Source of the DNA: an uncultured Pseudomonadota bacterium
Lineage (GTDB): Bacteria > Myxococcota_A > Polyangia > Fen-1088
Assembly: GCA_963847705.1 (NCBI GenBank)
Contig: CAWKBC010000027.1
Location: 384,001 to 448,000 of the forward strand
Length of the DNA: 64,000 nucleotides
Reading direction: 5' to 3'
Both the position numbers and the translations under genes were made by a program. The notes under the pieces were generated by a model that saw only the letters and a program-made list of their open reading frames with translations, had not been told where the DNA came from and did no database searches. How positions within the stretch are numbered: the stretch's first letter is position 1; every line of letters begins with the position of its first letter. Of this stretch, positions 28,410 through 39,168 are shown in pieces.

Positions 28410-30286
28410 TGAGCGCCGCGCCCGTGCATCTCGCGGAGCCCGGCGCCGGCCTCCTGCGCTTCAACACCTGCGGAAGCGTCGACGACGGCAAGAGCACGCT
28501 CATCGGGCGCATGCTCTACGAGGCCAAGGCGCTGTTCGACGATCAGCTCGCCGCGCTGGCGGCCGACTCCAAGCGGGTGGGGACGCGCCCCGGTCAGCTC
28601 GACTACGCGCTGTTGCTCGACGGGCTCTCCGCCGAGCGCGAGCAAGGGATCACCATCGACGTGGCCTACCGCTACTTCTCGACCGCGCGGCGGCACTTCA
28701 TCGTCGCCGACACACCCGGCCACGAGCAGTACACCCGCAACATGGTGACCGGGGCGTCGACGGCCGATCTGAGCGTCATCCTGATCGACGCCCGCAAGGG
28801 GGTCCTCACCCAGACCCGCCGGCACAGCTTCATCGTCTCGCTGCTGGGAATCCGCCACGTGATCCTGGCGGTGAACAAGATGGATCTGGTCGGCTATTCG
28901 CGGGAGGTGTTCGCCCAGATCGAGGGGGAGTACCGGCGGCTGGCGGCCGATCTCAAGTTGCCGGAGATCACCTGCATCCCGGTCTCCGCCGTGGAGGGGG
29001 ACAACATCGTCGAGAAGTCGGTGGCCATGGGGTGGTACCGGGGACCGACGCTGATGGGCCTTCTGGAGAGCGTCGAGGTCGATGAATCGCGCGCGCGCGA
29101 GCAGCCGCTGCGGATGCCGGTCCAGTGGGTGAACCGCCCGCACTTGAACTTTCGCGGCTACGCCGGGACGATCGTGGCGGGTGGCGTGAAGACCGGCGAC
29201 GCCGTCCGCGTCCAGCCCTCCGGGCGGGTGAGCCACGTGTCGCGGATCGTCACCGCCGACGGCGATCTCCCCCAGGCGTCGGTCGGACAATCGATCACCC
29301 TGACGCTGGAAGACGAGATCGACATCTCGCGCGGCGATCTGATCGTGCAGGCGGACCAGCCCGCGGAGGTGGCCAATCAGTTCGAGGCGACGGTCGTCTG
29401 GATGCACGAGGCGCCGCTCCTGCCCGGGCGCACCTACTTCCTCAAGATCGGGACCCGCACGGCGACCGCCACCGTCACGTCGCTCAAGTACAAGATCAAC
29501 GTCAACAACCTGGAGCACATGGCGGGCGCCACCCTCGAGCTCAACGAGATCGGGATGTGCAATCTCGAGCTCGATCGCCCGATCGCCTTCGATCCCTACG
29601 ACGTGAACCGGGACACCGGGGGGTTCATCCTCATCGACCGCATCTCCAACGACACGGTCGGGGCCGGGATGCTCCGCTTCGCGCTGCGAAGAGCGAAGAA
29701 CGTGCAGTGGCAGGCGCTCGACGTCGACAAGACGGCCCGCTCGGCGATGAAGCGGCAGCGCGCCTGCGTGCTCTGGTACACGGGGCTCTCGGGGGCCGGC
29801 AAGTCGACCATCGCCAACCTGGTCGACAAGAAGCTCCACAGCAACGATCGGCACACCTACCTCCTCGACGGAGACAACGTCCGCCACGGCCTCAACAAGG
29901 ATCTCGGCTTCGCCGACGCCGACCGGGTGGAGAACGTCCGGCGGATCGCCGAGGTCGCCAAGCTGATGGTCGACGCCGGCCTCATCGTCGGCACGGCGTT
30001 CATCTCTCCGTTTCGCGCGGAGCGAGAGATGGCCCGGGCGCTGCTGGCCGAGGGGGAGTTCATCGAGATCTTCATCGAGACGCCGCTCGACGTGGCCGAG
30101 GGGCGGGATCCCAAGGGGCTCTACAAGAAGGCCCGGCGGGGCGACCTCAAGAACTTCACCGGCATCGACTCGCCCTACGAAGCGCCGGAGAACCCGGAGC
30201 TGCGGATCAACACCACCACGACCACCGCCGAGGAGGCCGCCGAGGCGATCGTGGCCTATCTGAACCGCCGCGGCGTGACCGACTGA
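28409..30286 (+). CDS. cysNC: Bifunctional sulfate adenylyltransferase subunit 1 / adenylylsulfate kinase (CysNC, NodQ-like)
   Basis: [28 protein letters not shown]; then [18 protein letters not shown] and FTGIDSPYE. Confidence 0.97.
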   Translation: MSAAPVHLAEPGAGLLRFNTCGSVDDGKSTLIGRMLYEAKALFDDQLAALAADSKRVGTRPGQLDYALLLDGLSAEREQGITIDVAYRYFSTARRHFIVADTPGHEQYTRNMVTGASTADLSVILIDARKGVLTQTRRHSFIVSLLGIRHVILAVNKMDLVGYSREVFAQIEGEYRRLAADLKLPEITCIPVSAVEGDNIVEKSVAMGWYRGPTLMGLLESVEVDESRAREQPLRMPVQWVNRPHLNFRGYAGTIVAGGVKTGDAVRVQPSGRVSHVSRIVTADGDLPQASVGQSITLTLEDEIDISRGDLIVQADQPAEVANQFEATVVWMHEAPLLPGRTYFLKIGTRTATATVTSLKYKINVNNLEHMAGATLELNEIGMCNLELDRPIAFDPYDVNRDTGGFILIDRISNDTVGAGMLRFALRRAKNVQWQALDVDKTARSAMKRQRACVLWYTGLSGAGKSTIANLVDKKLHSNDRHTYLLDGDNVRHGLNKDLGFADADRVENVRRIAEVAKLMVDAGLIVGTAFISPFRAEREMARALLAEGEFIEIFIETPLDVAEGRDPKGLYKKARRGDLKNFTGIDSPYEAPENPELRINTTTTTAEEAAEAIVAYLNRRGVTD

Positions 30287-30362
30287 CCTTGTGACAGCTC
30301 TGCGAACAATCGCCGGCGCGCGCGCGGCCTGCTGACGCCTGCGGTACGCTCTCGCCGACCCG

Positions 30363-31721
30363 ATGGCAACGGTCCGCGAGAGCGCCCGGGACGTCCCTGT
30401 GATTGCGGACGTCGACGTCCTGGTGGTGGGCAGCGGGCCAGGTGGGTTGGGCGCGGCGCTCGGCGCCGCCCGCGCGGGCCTGGAGACGATGGTGGTGGAG
30501 CGCTTCGGCTGCCTGGGCGGCAACATCACCGTGGTCGGGGTGGAGAGCCTGGCCTGGTACCGCCGCGAGAAGACCGTCGACAGCGAGGGGATCGGGATCG
30601 AGCTCGAGCAGCGTGCCAAGGCGATGGGCGCCACCAGCCCGGAGCCGCAATCGAAGAGCGAGGCGATCAACGCCGACATGTTCAAGGTGGTGGCCGATCG
30701 GGTGGTCGCCGAGGCCGGGGTCCGGCCGCTCCTGCACGCCGTCGCCATCGACACGATCCAGGAAGGGGACGCGCTCCGGGGAATCATCGTTCACAGCAAG
30801 TCGGGGCGGGGCGCCATCCTGGCCAAACGGATCGTCGACGCCTCGGGCGACGCCGACATCGCGCATTACGCCGGCGCGCCCTACCACATGACGCCCAAGG
30901 AGCGAATGCTCCCGGTCACCGTGATGTTCTCGGTGAACGGCGTCGACAAGCGGCGCTTCCTCGACCACGTCGCCGCCAACCCGACCACCTACAAGGACTG
31001 GGGCCTCAACTGGGACGTCGCCAAAGGGGGGAAGGAGGACGATCTTTTCAGTCCCTACCTGGAGAAACCCTTCGCGCAGGCGCGCGCCGCCGGCCTGATC
31101 CCGCCGGGCCTGAAGAGCATCGGCGGCACCTGGAGCACCATCACCGACTCGGGCGAGGCGACCTACCTCAACATGATTCACCTCACCGGCTACGACGGCA
31201 CCGACGTCTGGGATCTCACCCGGGCCGAGATCGAGGGACGCGCCCAGTCGATGCTGGCGATCGGAGCCCTCAACCGCTTTGCGCCCGGGTTCGAGAAGGC
31301 CAGGCTGCGGACCTTCGGGATGACGGTGGGGATCCGCGACACCCGCAAGATCGAAGGGCGCTACAATCTGACCGAGCATGACGTCCGCAACCAGGCCCGC
31401 TTCGACGACTCGATCGGGATCTTCCCGGAGTTCATCGACGGCTACGGCGTGCTGGTGTTGCCCACCACCGGGCGCTACTTCGAGATCCCCTACGGTGTGC
31501 TCCTGCCCCACAAGGTGGAGAACCTGCTGGTCGCCGGGCGCTGCATCGCGGGCGACGAGATCTCCCACGCCAGCGTGCGCAGCATGATGTGCTGCACGGT
31601 GACGGGGCAGGGGGCGGGGGTGGCGGCGGCGGTGTCGATCAAAGATGACGTCAGCCTTCGCGCCCTGGACATCGGGCGGCTGCAGGCGGAGCTCGTGCGG
31701 CAAGGAGTGCGGATCCATTGA
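30363..31721 (+). CDS. FAD-dependent oxidoreductase (FAD_oxidored family)
   Basis: [37 protein letters not shown] and TGQGAG motifs. Confidence 0.85.
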   Translation: MATVRESARDVPVIADVDVLVVGSGPGGLGAALGAARAGLETMVVERFGCLGGNITVVGVESLAWYRREKTVDSEGIGIELEQRAKAMGATSPEPQSKSEAINADMFKVVADRVVAEAGVRPLLHAVAIDTIQEGDALRGIIVHSKSGRGAILAKRIVDASGDADIAHYAGAPYHMTPKERMLPVTVMFSVNGVDKRRFLDHVAANPTTYKDWGLNWDVAKGGKEDDLFSPYLEKPFAQARAAGLIPPGLKSIGGTWSTITDSGEATYLNMIHLTGYDGTDVWDLTRAEIEGRAQSMLAIGALNRFAPGFEKARLRTFGMTVGIRDTRKIEGRYNLTEHDVRNQARFDDSIGIFPEFIDGYGVLVLPTTGRYFEIPYGVLLPHKVENLLVAGRCIAGDEISHASVRSMMCCTVTGQGAGVAAAVSIKDDVSLRALDIGRLQAELVRQGVRIH

Positions 31722-32929
31722 CCACCAAGGCCCCCCTCGGTCTTCCCGTCATCCTGGGCGACGCGCCCCTCCAGCGGATTCTGCTCGGCCCCGGGCCGAG
31801 CGAGGTCCCGGCGCGGGTGCTGGCGGCGCTGGCGGCGCCGACGCTGGGGCACCTCGATCCGGAGTACCTGCGCATCATGGACGAGACGCGCGGCCTCCTG
31901 CAGCGGGTGTTCCGGACCGCGAACCAGCTCACGCTGGCGGTCTCCGGCACCGGCAGCGCCGGGATGGAGGCCTGTGTCGCCAACCTCCTCGAGCCGGGCG
32001 ACGAGGCGATCGTCTGCGTGGCGGGGGCGTTCGGCGCGCGGATGGCCGACGTGGCGGAGCGTTACGGCGCGAGCGTGCACCTGGTGAGCGCCGAATGGGG
32101 AGAGACGATCGCGCCTGGCGCGGTGGCGGCGGCGCTGGCGGCGCACCCGCGCGCAAAGCTGGTCGGGATCGTTCACGCCGAGACCTCGACGGGCGCGCAC
32201 CAGCCGCTGGAAGAGATCTCCCGGATCGTCCACGCGGCGGGGGCGCTTTTTCTCGTGGACGCGGTCACCTCGCTCGCCGGACACGAGCTGCGCGTGGACG
32301 ACTGGCGCATCGACGCCTGTTACAGCGGCACCCAGAAGTGCCTGTCGTGCCCGCCGGGGTTGGCGCCGGTGACCTTCAGCGCCGCGGCGCTCGAGGTGAT
32401 GGACCGCCGCAAGACGAAGTGCCGCAGCTGGTACCTCGACCTGTCGCTCATCCGCAACTACTGGAGCGCCGATCGCGCTTACCACCACACGGCGCCGGTC
32501 AACATGACCTACGCCCTGCGTGAGGCTCTCCGCGCGGTGCTGGAGGAGGGGTTGGAGGCCCGCATCGCCCGCCACCACCGGAACCACCTCGCGCTGCGGG
32601 CCGGACTGGAGGCGATGGGGCTCGCTTATGTCGCGAAGGCCAGCCTCGCTTCGCTCAACGCCGTCTTCGTGCCGGCGGGCGTCGACGACGGGCGGGTGCG
32701 GGCGCGCCTGCTGGCAGAGTTCGGGATCGAGATCGGCGGCGGCCTTGGACCGTTCAAGGGGAAGGCCTGGCGGATCGGTCTCATGGGCGCCTCCAGCACG
32801 CGGCGCAACGTCACCCTGCTGCTGGGCGCGCTCGAGACGCTCCTGCGCGACGCCGGCGGAGGCCTCTCGCCCGGCACCGGGCTGGAGGCGGCCGCGGCCA
32901 GCTACGCAGCCGCTGACAGCAACACCTGA
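31718..32929 (+). CDS. Alanine/serine-glyoxylate aminotransferase (class V PLP)
   Basis: [41 protein letters not shown] and YHHTAP motifs; TTGA overlap. Confidence 0.92.
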   Translation: MTTKAPLGLPVILGDAPLQRILLGPGPSEVPARVLAALAAPTLGHLDPEYLRIMDETRGLLQRVFRTANQLTLAVSGTGSAGMEACVANLLEPGDEAIVCVAGAFGARMADVAERYGASVHLVSAEWGETIAPGAVAAALAAHPRAKLVGIVHAETSTGAHQPLEEISRIVHAAGALFLVDAVTSLAGHELRVDDWRIDACYSGTQKCLSCPPGLAPVTFSAAALEVMDRRKTKCRSWYLDLSLIRNYWSADRAYHHTAPVNMTYALREALRAVLEEGLEARIARHHRNHLALRAGLEAMGLAYVAKASLASLNAVFVPAGVDDGRVRARLLAEFGIEIGGGLGPFKGKAWRIGLMGASSTRRNVTLLLGALETLLRDAGGGLSPGTGLEAAAASYAAADSNT

Positions 32930-33092
32930 GCGCCGGTCGCTCGGCCGCGCGCCTGAGCCGTGAAGGCGACGCGCGAGCGGCGTTCGTCACCACTGTCAGA
33001 CGGCGCCGCAATCTCTCCCAACGCTCTCCCGACGGCCGCGCGCTGCTTGTAGAGCGGGTGACGGTCCCTAGAGTTTCGGAGAAGGAGAAAAC

Positions 33093-34571
33093 ATGGCCAC
33101 AAAAAAGCCCAACATCTTGGTTCTCTTTGGCGACGACATTGGCATGTGGAACATCAGCTACTTCAGCCGCGGTCAGATGGGCTACCGAACGCCCAACATC
33201 GACCGCGTGGCCCACGAAGGCGTGGCCTTCACCGACTACTACGCGCAGCAGAGCTGCACCGCCGGCCGCGCCGCCTTCATCACCGGCCAGAATCCGGTTC
33301 GCGTCGGTCTGAGCAAGGTCGGGATGCCCGGCGCGACCGTGGGGCTCCAGGCGGAGGACCCGACCATCGCCGAGCTCCTCAAGCCGCTCGGGTACGCCAC
33401 CGGCCAGTTCGGCAAGAACCACCTCGGCGATCGAGACGAGTACCTGCCGACCGTGCATGGCTTCGACGAGTTCTTCGGGAACCTCTACCACCTCAACGCG
33501 GAGGAGGAGCCGGAGCTGCCCGACTATCCCAAGGATCCGGCGTTCCGGAAGAAGTTCGGACCCCGCGGTGTGCTCCACTGCCTCTCCGACGGCAAGGGGG
33601 GCCAAACGATCAAGGACACGGGCCCCTTGACCATGAAGCGGATGGAGACCATCGACGAGGAGATCACCGATCGCGCCATGGAGTGGATGGAGAAGCAGGT
33701 CAAGGACGAGAAGCCGTTCTTCCTCTGGTACAACTCGACCGCGATGCACTTCCGGACCCACCTGGCCGAGAAGAACCGCGGCAAGAGCGGACAGGACGAC
33801 TACAGCGACCGGATGGTCACCCACGACGAGCAGATCGGCCAGATGCTGGACAAGCTCGACGAGCTGGGGATCGCCGACAACACGATCGTCATGTACACGA
33901 CCGACAACGGCCCCGAGAACGACACCTGGCCGGACGGCGCCAACACCATCTTCCGCAGCCAGAAGGACACCAACTGGGAGGGGGGCTGGAGGGTCCCGGC
34001 GTTCATCCGTTGGCCGGGCAAGATCAAGCCGGGCACGGTCTTGAACGACATCGTCTCCCATCAGGACATGCTGCCGACCCTGCTGGCCATCGCGGGTGAT
34101 CCCGACGTCAAGGCGAAGCTGCTCAAGGGCTACAAGGTCGGCGACAAGACCTTCAAGGTCCACATCGACGGCTTCGACATGCTGCCCTACCTGACCGGTC
34201 AGGCGAAGGAGAGCCCCAGAAAGTTCTTCTTCTACATGAGCGATGACGGCGAGGTCATGGCGGTCCGGAACGGCGACTGGAAGTTCGTGCTCGGAGAGCA
34301 GCGCGCCATGCAGCTGAAGGTCTGGATGGAGCCGCTCAGCAAGCTGCGGCTCCCCCTGATCTTCAATCTACGGCGCGATCCGTTCGAGCGCGCGCAACAC
34401 AACTCCAACACCTACTATGACTGGCTGGCGTACCACGCCTTCATGATTTACGAGATGCAGGAGCTGGTGGCGGAGCAAGTGGAAGCCTTCGTCAAGTACC
34501 CGCCGCGGCAGAAGCCGGCCTCGTTCAACCTGGACGAGGTGATGCGACAGGTTCAGCCCCATCATCAATAG
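33093..34571 (+). CDS. Arylsulfatase (formylglycine-dependent, CxAxR type)
   Basis: KPNILV..GDD, SCTAGRAAFITG, FGKNHLG, TDNG and WEGGWRVP motifs; AAGGAG RBS. Confidence 0.93.
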   Translation: MATKKPNILVLFGDDIGMWNISYFSRGQMGYRTPNIDRVAHEGVAFTDYYAQQSCTAGRAAFITGQNPVRVGLSKVGMPGATVGLQAEDPTIAELLKPLGYATGQFGKNHLGDRDEYLPTVHGFDEFFGNLYHLNAEEEPELPDYPKDPAFRKKFGPRGVLHCLSDGKGGQTIKDTGPLTMKRMETIDEEITDRAMEWMEKQVKDEKPFFLWYNSTAMHFRTHLAEKNRGKSGQDDYSDRMVTHDEQIGQMLDKLDELGIADNTIVMYTTDNGPENDTWPDGANTIFRSQKDTNWEGGWRVPAFIRWPGKIKPGTVLNDIVSHQDMLPTLLAIAGDPDVKAKLLKGYKVGDKTFKVHIDGFDMLPYLTGQAKESPRKFFFYMSDDGEVMAVRNGDWKFVLGEQRAMQLKVWMEPLSKLRLPLIFNLRRDPFERAQHNSNTYYDWLAYHAFMIYEMQELVAEQVEAFVKYPPRQKPASFNLDEVMRQVQPHHQ

Positions 34572-34611
34572 GACGGGCAATAGCGCCGCTTCGGCCGCGG
34601 TCACGGAGGGG

Positions 34612-35826
34612 GTGCGGGCGTTCTACGAGCGCCACCCGTATCCCCCTCCCGTGGACAGCCTGGAGAAGTACCGGCGTGTCTGGCAGGACGGCCAGAGGCG
34701 CCGTGCGGACTACCATCTGTTTTGGCCCGGCCGGCCCTACCGCGAGGACCACACCATCCTGATTGCGGGCTGCGGAACCTCCCAGGCGGCGAAGCACGCT
34801 CTCCGCTGGCCGCGGGCGCGGGTGACCGGCATCGACTTCAGCGCCACCAGCGTCGGCAAGACCGAGGAGCTGAAGCAAAAGCACGCGCTCGACAATCTCC
34901 AGGTTCACCAGCTCTCTCTCACCGAGGTGGGCGAGCTGGGGACGACCTTCGATCAGATCGTCTGCACCGGGGTGCTCCACCATCTCCCCGAGCCCGACGC
35001 AGGCCTCCAGGCCCTGCGCGACGTGCTGGCGCCCGGCGGGGTCATGCACCTGATGCTGTACGCGCCCTACGGACGGGTCGGCGTCTACATGCTGCAGGAC
35101 TTCTGCCGTCGGCTGGGCATCGAGGCCGACGAGAGCGGAATCCGAGAGCTCGTCACCGCCCTCGGCGCGTTGCCGTCCGGACATCCGCTGGGAACGCTGC
35201 TGCGCGAGGCGCCCGACTTTCGGAGCGAGGCGGCGCTCGCCGATGCGCTGCTGCACCCGCAGGATCGCGCCTACTCGGTGCCGGAGCTGTTCGCGTTCCT
35301 CGAACGGTGCCGGCTCCGGTTCGGCCGCTGGGTGAAGCAAGCACCCTACAGCCCCCACTGCGGGTTGATGGCCCGTCTCCCACAGGCGGCGCGGCTCGCG
35401 CAGCTTCCAGCCATGGACCAGCACGCCGCCGCCGAGCTGTTTCGGGGGACGATCTCTCGCCACAGCGTCGTCGTGTACCGCGACGATGACCCGGGCGCCC
35501 CCCACGCGCTCAGCTTCAGCGGGGACGCCTGGCGGCGCTACGTGCCGATCCGGGCGCCCGACACCATCGCCGTCGAAGAGCGGTTGCCCGCCGGCGCGGC
35601 GGCGGTGCTCATCAACCGGGGCCACAGCCACACCGACATCTATCTGCCGATCGACGCGCAGGAGAAGCGGCTCTTCGACGCCGTCGACGGCGTGCGCACC
35701 CTCGGCGAGCTGGCCGAGGCGCACGGACGTCGGGAGACCGCCGCTCCGTTCTTTCAACGCCTCGGCTGGCACGACCAGGTCGTGTTCGACACCTCCGGGA
35801 GCCTACGTCGGTCGAAGGGGAGCTAA
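34612..35826 (+). CDS. Class I SAM-dependent methyltransferase
   Basis: FYERHPYP, IAGCGTS, GIDFS, CTGVLHHL and DALLHPQD motifs; start codon uncertain. Confidence 0.85.
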   Translation: MRAFYERHPYPPPVDSLEKYRRVWQDGQRRRADYHLFWPGRPYREDHTILIAGCGTSQAAKHALRWPRARVTGIDFSATSVGKTEELKQKHALDNLQVHQLSLTEVGELGTTFDQIVCTGVLHHLPEPDAGLQALRDVLAPGGVMHLMLYAPYGRVGVYMLQDFCRRLGIEADESGIRELVTALGALPSGHPLGTLLREAPDFRSEAALADALLHPQDRAYSVPELFAFLERCRLRFGRWVKQAPYSPHCGLMARLPQAARLAQLPAMDQHAAAELFRGTISRHSVVVYRDDDPGAPHALSFSGDAWRRYVPIRAPDTIAVEERLPAGAAAVLINRGHSHTDIYLPIDAQEKRLFDAVDGVRTLGELAEAHGRRETAAPFFQRLGWHDQVVFDTSGSLRRSKGS

Positions 35827-36449
35827 CGGCCGGCGACCTGCTCCGGGCGAGACTGGCCGCGCACGCGGCGCTCGGCTTTTCGCTCTGCGAAAATGAGGGC
35901 GTGCGCCGCCTCCGGGCCGAGGAGATCGGCGATGGCCGCGCGGCGCGCCTGATCGGCGTTGGGGTCGAGCCCCGCGCTCCGGAGGTCGGCGCCGCGCGGG
36001 AGCTGCGCCATCGCCTGGACGGTGCGTGCGTAGGCGTCGTCGATGGCGCGGATCGCGGTGCGCTGCTCGTCCGACAGGTGCAGGATGCCGAAGACCTGCT
36101 CGTCGGCCGCCTGGAAGACCGCTCCGCGACGTTGCGGCGTCAGCCGCCGTCGGCGCTCGACCGCCGGGTCGGTCTGGAGGTCACTGACGGTCTCGGTGTC
36201 GGGCGGCGGGGCCGGGACGGCCGGGACGGCGGGCGGTGGAGGCGATGGGCGCTCGGCGGGCGCCGGAACGGCTGGCGTCGGGACGACCGGTGCCGCCACC
36301 ACCGGCGCCGCGATCAGCTCGCTCGGCCCCCTGAGCTCTGCGGGGCGGGCGCGGCGGTGGTGCGCGTGATAGAGCGCGTAGCTCTCGACTCCCAGAATGA
36401 GCGGCGCCAGCACGACGGAGCCGACGATGATGACGTTCGAGCGCCCCAT
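35823..36449 (-). CDS. Hypothetical membrane-anchored protein
   Basis: N-terminal TM helix, Pro-rich linker, L.LSDEQ..AI helical domain; GAGGA RBS. Confidence 0.55.
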   Translation of the reverse strand: MGRSNVIIVGSVVLAPLILGVESYALYHAHHRRARPAELRGPSELIAAPVVAAPVVPTPAVPAPAERPSPPPPAVPAVPAPPPDTETVSDLQTDPAVERRRRLTPQRRGAVFQAADEQVFGILHLSDEQRTAIRAIDDAYARTVQAMAQLPRGADLRSAGLDPNADQARRAAIADLLGPEAAHALIFAERKAERRVRGQSRPEQVAGR

Positions 36450-36521
36450 GGAGTCCTCAGTGCGAATTGGCGCTTGAACTGTAACGCCGACTTCGGCCGC
36501 CGGCGTGGCCAACGCGCGGAA

Positions 36522-38993
36522 CTAGTGATCGACGGCGGCGGTTTCCGCCGGATGCTGACGGCGGACGATCTCGTTGAGGATGTTCCCCAGGTTGTCCTCG
36601 GTCATCGACCAGGCCTGGGGAAACTCCTCCTTGGTGTAGACCTGCAGCGCGTTCCGGTAGGCTTCGACCGCCTGCGCCAGGAGGCGATTGCCAGACTCGT
36701 CCTCGCGGCGGCGTCCCTGATCCTCGAGCACGGTGCCGAGGTTGTTCTCGGTCATCGCCCAGTCGCGCGGGAGCGACTGTCGCGTGCAGACCTCGAGGGC
36801 GCTGTTGAAGGCGCGCACGGCCTGCGCGAGCAGCGCTTCACTCGCCGCCCCTTCGGCCCGGCGACCCTGATCGGCGAGGACGGTGCCGAGGTTGTTCTCG
36901 GCGATCGCCCAGTCGCGCGGCGCCTCCTCGCGCGTGAGAACCTCGATCGACATCTGGAAGGCCAGGGCCGACTCGGCGAGCAGCTTGTCTCCCGGCTCCC
37001 CTTCGGTGCGCACCCCCAGATCGTCGAGGGCGGTCCCCAGGTTCGCCTCGGTCGACGCCCAATCACGCGGGAGCCGCTCGGGCGTCCGGACCTGCAGCGA
37101 CTGCTTGTGAGCCTCGACCGCTTGCGCGAGCAGCGCCAGGCTCTTCTCGCCCTTGGCGCGCGTCCCCTGCTCGTCGAGCGCGCCGCCCAGGCTGTCCTCG
37201 GTAGTGGCCCACGCGTCGGGTGCGAGCTCGCGCGTGCGGACCTGCAGCGCCTGCTGAAAGGCATCGACGGACTGCGCCAGCAGCTCGTCCCCCTTGCCCT
37301 CGGGCGCCCGCTTGCCCTGCTCCTCGAGCACGTCGCCGAGCGTCGCCTCGGTGGCCGCCCACACCGGCGCCGCCCGTTCTCGGGTGGAGACCTTCAGCGC
37401 CGCGCGGAGCGCGTCCGCCCCCTGGGTCAAGAGCTCGTCCCCTTTCGTGCCGCTCGTCCGCTTGCCGCGCGCGGCGAGCGCCCGGCCGAGCGCGCTCTCG
37501 CCCGCGGCCCAGTCGGCCGGGACCTGTTCGCGGGTGCGAACCTTGAGCGCGAACCGGTACGCGTCGGCCGCGCGGGCGAGGTAGTCGTCGCTCTTGTCGT
37601 CGGGCAGGCGCTCCCCCTGCGCCTCCAGAATGGCTCCCAGCTCGATCTGCGTCGCCGCCCATTCGTTGGGAAAACGATCGGCCGTCCGCACCTCCAGCGT
37701 CGACTTCAGCGTGTCGGCCGCGCGCGCGAGCAGCTCGTCCCCCTTGGCGCCCGGCGTGAGCGTCGCCTGGTCGACCAGGACCCGACTGAGGTTGGCGGCG
37801 CTGGCCGCCCACGCCTCGGGGTGTTGCTCGCGGGTCGACACCTCCAGCGCCAGCTGGATGGCGGCGGCCGCCTGGCCGAAGAGCTCGCGGGCCTGTTTCC
37901 CGGTGGCCAGCTTCCCCTCGTCGTCGAGGATGGCTCCGAGGTCGCTCTGCGCGGAAGCCCACTCCTTGGGGAACTCCTCGCGCGTGTAGATCTGGAGCGC
38001 GTCACGGCAAGCGGCGGCGCCGCCTTGCAGGTGCGGGGTGGCCGCCGCGGCGGGCTTCCCGGCGGCGAGCTGCTGCTCCGCGCGGGCCACGTCGATCGAA
38101 GCCGCTGCCCAGCGGGTGGGATCGTCCTTCTTGTCGAGCTGGGCCAGCACCCGGCGGTACGCCGCCAGCGCCGGTTCGAACTGCAAGCTCAAGAAGTCGG
38201 CGTCCGCCTCCTTCTTCAAGAGCTCCCGCATGGCGTCTCCATGCGCGCGCTTCCTGGCCGTGAGCGCCTGCGCTTCCTTCTCGAAGCCGGTCTCCTCGGC
38301 GAGGGCCGCCGCGACCGCGGCGTGGGAAAAGCGGGCCGCGTCGGCCAGCTCGTGTCGGACGAACGCCGCCTGGCTCTTCTGGGCCGGCGTGCTCAGGTGG
38401 TTGTTCTTCACCTTGGCCGCCCAGCTGTCGACCGCGGCCTTCACCTCCTTGAACGAGAGGCCGTACCGCGTCGCCCAGTCGCGCAGGTAAGGGTCGAGGC
38501 GGAGCTGGCCAGGATGCGGATCGTGGCCGATCTGCTCCCGCGCGCGCGCCATCATTCCGCTGACGAGCGTCTCGAGCGCAGGCGGCGAGAGGAATCGCTT
38601 GGAGCCGATCGGCACCAGCTGCACCTCCAGCAGGTTCTTGTCGAGATCGGCCGGAACCCGCGCCGCGCCGCCCGACGGCGACCAGAGCCGGTAGCCCTCC
38701 TTGTCGGCATCGATCGTGAGCGCGTCGCCCGGTTTCATCTCGGGCGGGAGGATGAGCCAGAAGCGGCCGTCCTCATCGGTCGACGGCGCGTCCTTGGCGC
38801 CGCGAACATGCACCACGGCGTCCGCCAGCGGCCGTGGCTTGCCGGGGCGATCGGGAGGCGCCACCACGATCCCTTTGAGGTAGCGCGCATCGGCCGCCCG
38901 CGCCTGCTCGGCGGGGGCCACCATGGCGGCCAGAGCAACCGCGCCGGCGACCTTCAACGGGGACCAACAAACAGAGAGCCGCTGGCGTGTCAC
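36522..38993 (-). CDS. Secreted tetratricopeptide-repeat protein (about 47-aa repeats)
   Basis: About 9-10 repeats of AL.V.TRE..P..WA.TE.NLG..L..QG; N-terminal signal and carboxypeptidase-regulatory-like domain (TDEDGRF); start approximate. Confidence 0.8.
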   Translation of the reverse strand: MTRQRLSVCWSPLKVAGAVALAAMVAPAEQARAADARYLKGIVVAPPDRPGKPRPLADAVVHVRGAKDAPSTDEDGRFWLILPPEMKPGDALTIDADKEGYRLWSPSGGAARVPADLDKNLLEVQLVPIGSKRFLSPPALETLVSGMMARAREQIGHDPHPGQLRLDPYLRDWATRYGLSFKEVKAAVDSWAAKVKNNHLSTPAQKSQAAFVRHELADAARFSHAAVAAALAEETGFEKEAQALTARKRAHGDAMRELLKKEADADFLSLQFEPALAAYRRVLAQLDKKDDPTRWAAASIDVARAEQQLAAGKPAAAATPHLQGGAAACRDALQIYTREEFPKEWASAQSDLGAILDDEGKLATGKQARELFGQAAAAIQLALEVSTREQHPEAWAASAANLSRVLVDQATLTPGAKGDELLARAADTLKSTLEVRTADRFPNEWAATQIELGAILEAQGERLPDDKSDDYLARAADAYRFALKVRTREQVPADWAAGESALGRALAARGKRTSGTKGDELLTQGADALRAALKVSTRERAAPVWAATEATLGDVLEEQGKRAPEGKGDELLAQSVDAFQQALQVRTRELAPDAWATTEDSLGGALDEQGTRAKGEKSLALLAQAVEAHKQSLQVRTPERLPRDWASTEANLGTALDDLGVRTEGEPGDKLLAESALAFQMSIEVLTREEAPRDWAIAENNLGTVLADQGRRAEGAASEALLAQAVRAFNSALEVCTRQSLPRDWAMTENNLGTVLEDQGRRREDESGNRLLAQAVEAYRNALQVYTKEEFPQAWSMTEDNLGNILNEIVRRQHPAETAAVDH

Positions 38994-39168
38994 GCGTTTG
39001 AAACCTCGCTGGAAACTCTGGCGCACGCCTCGATGTTGTCCAGACCCAATACGCGACCGGTGATCGGAATCACCGGCCAACCGCTTCCAGGATCACGGAG
39101 GGATCGCCCATCGCGCGGCCCTGGCAGATCGCGCGTGTCACCCGTCACGGGCGCGGTATCGTCGGCCG

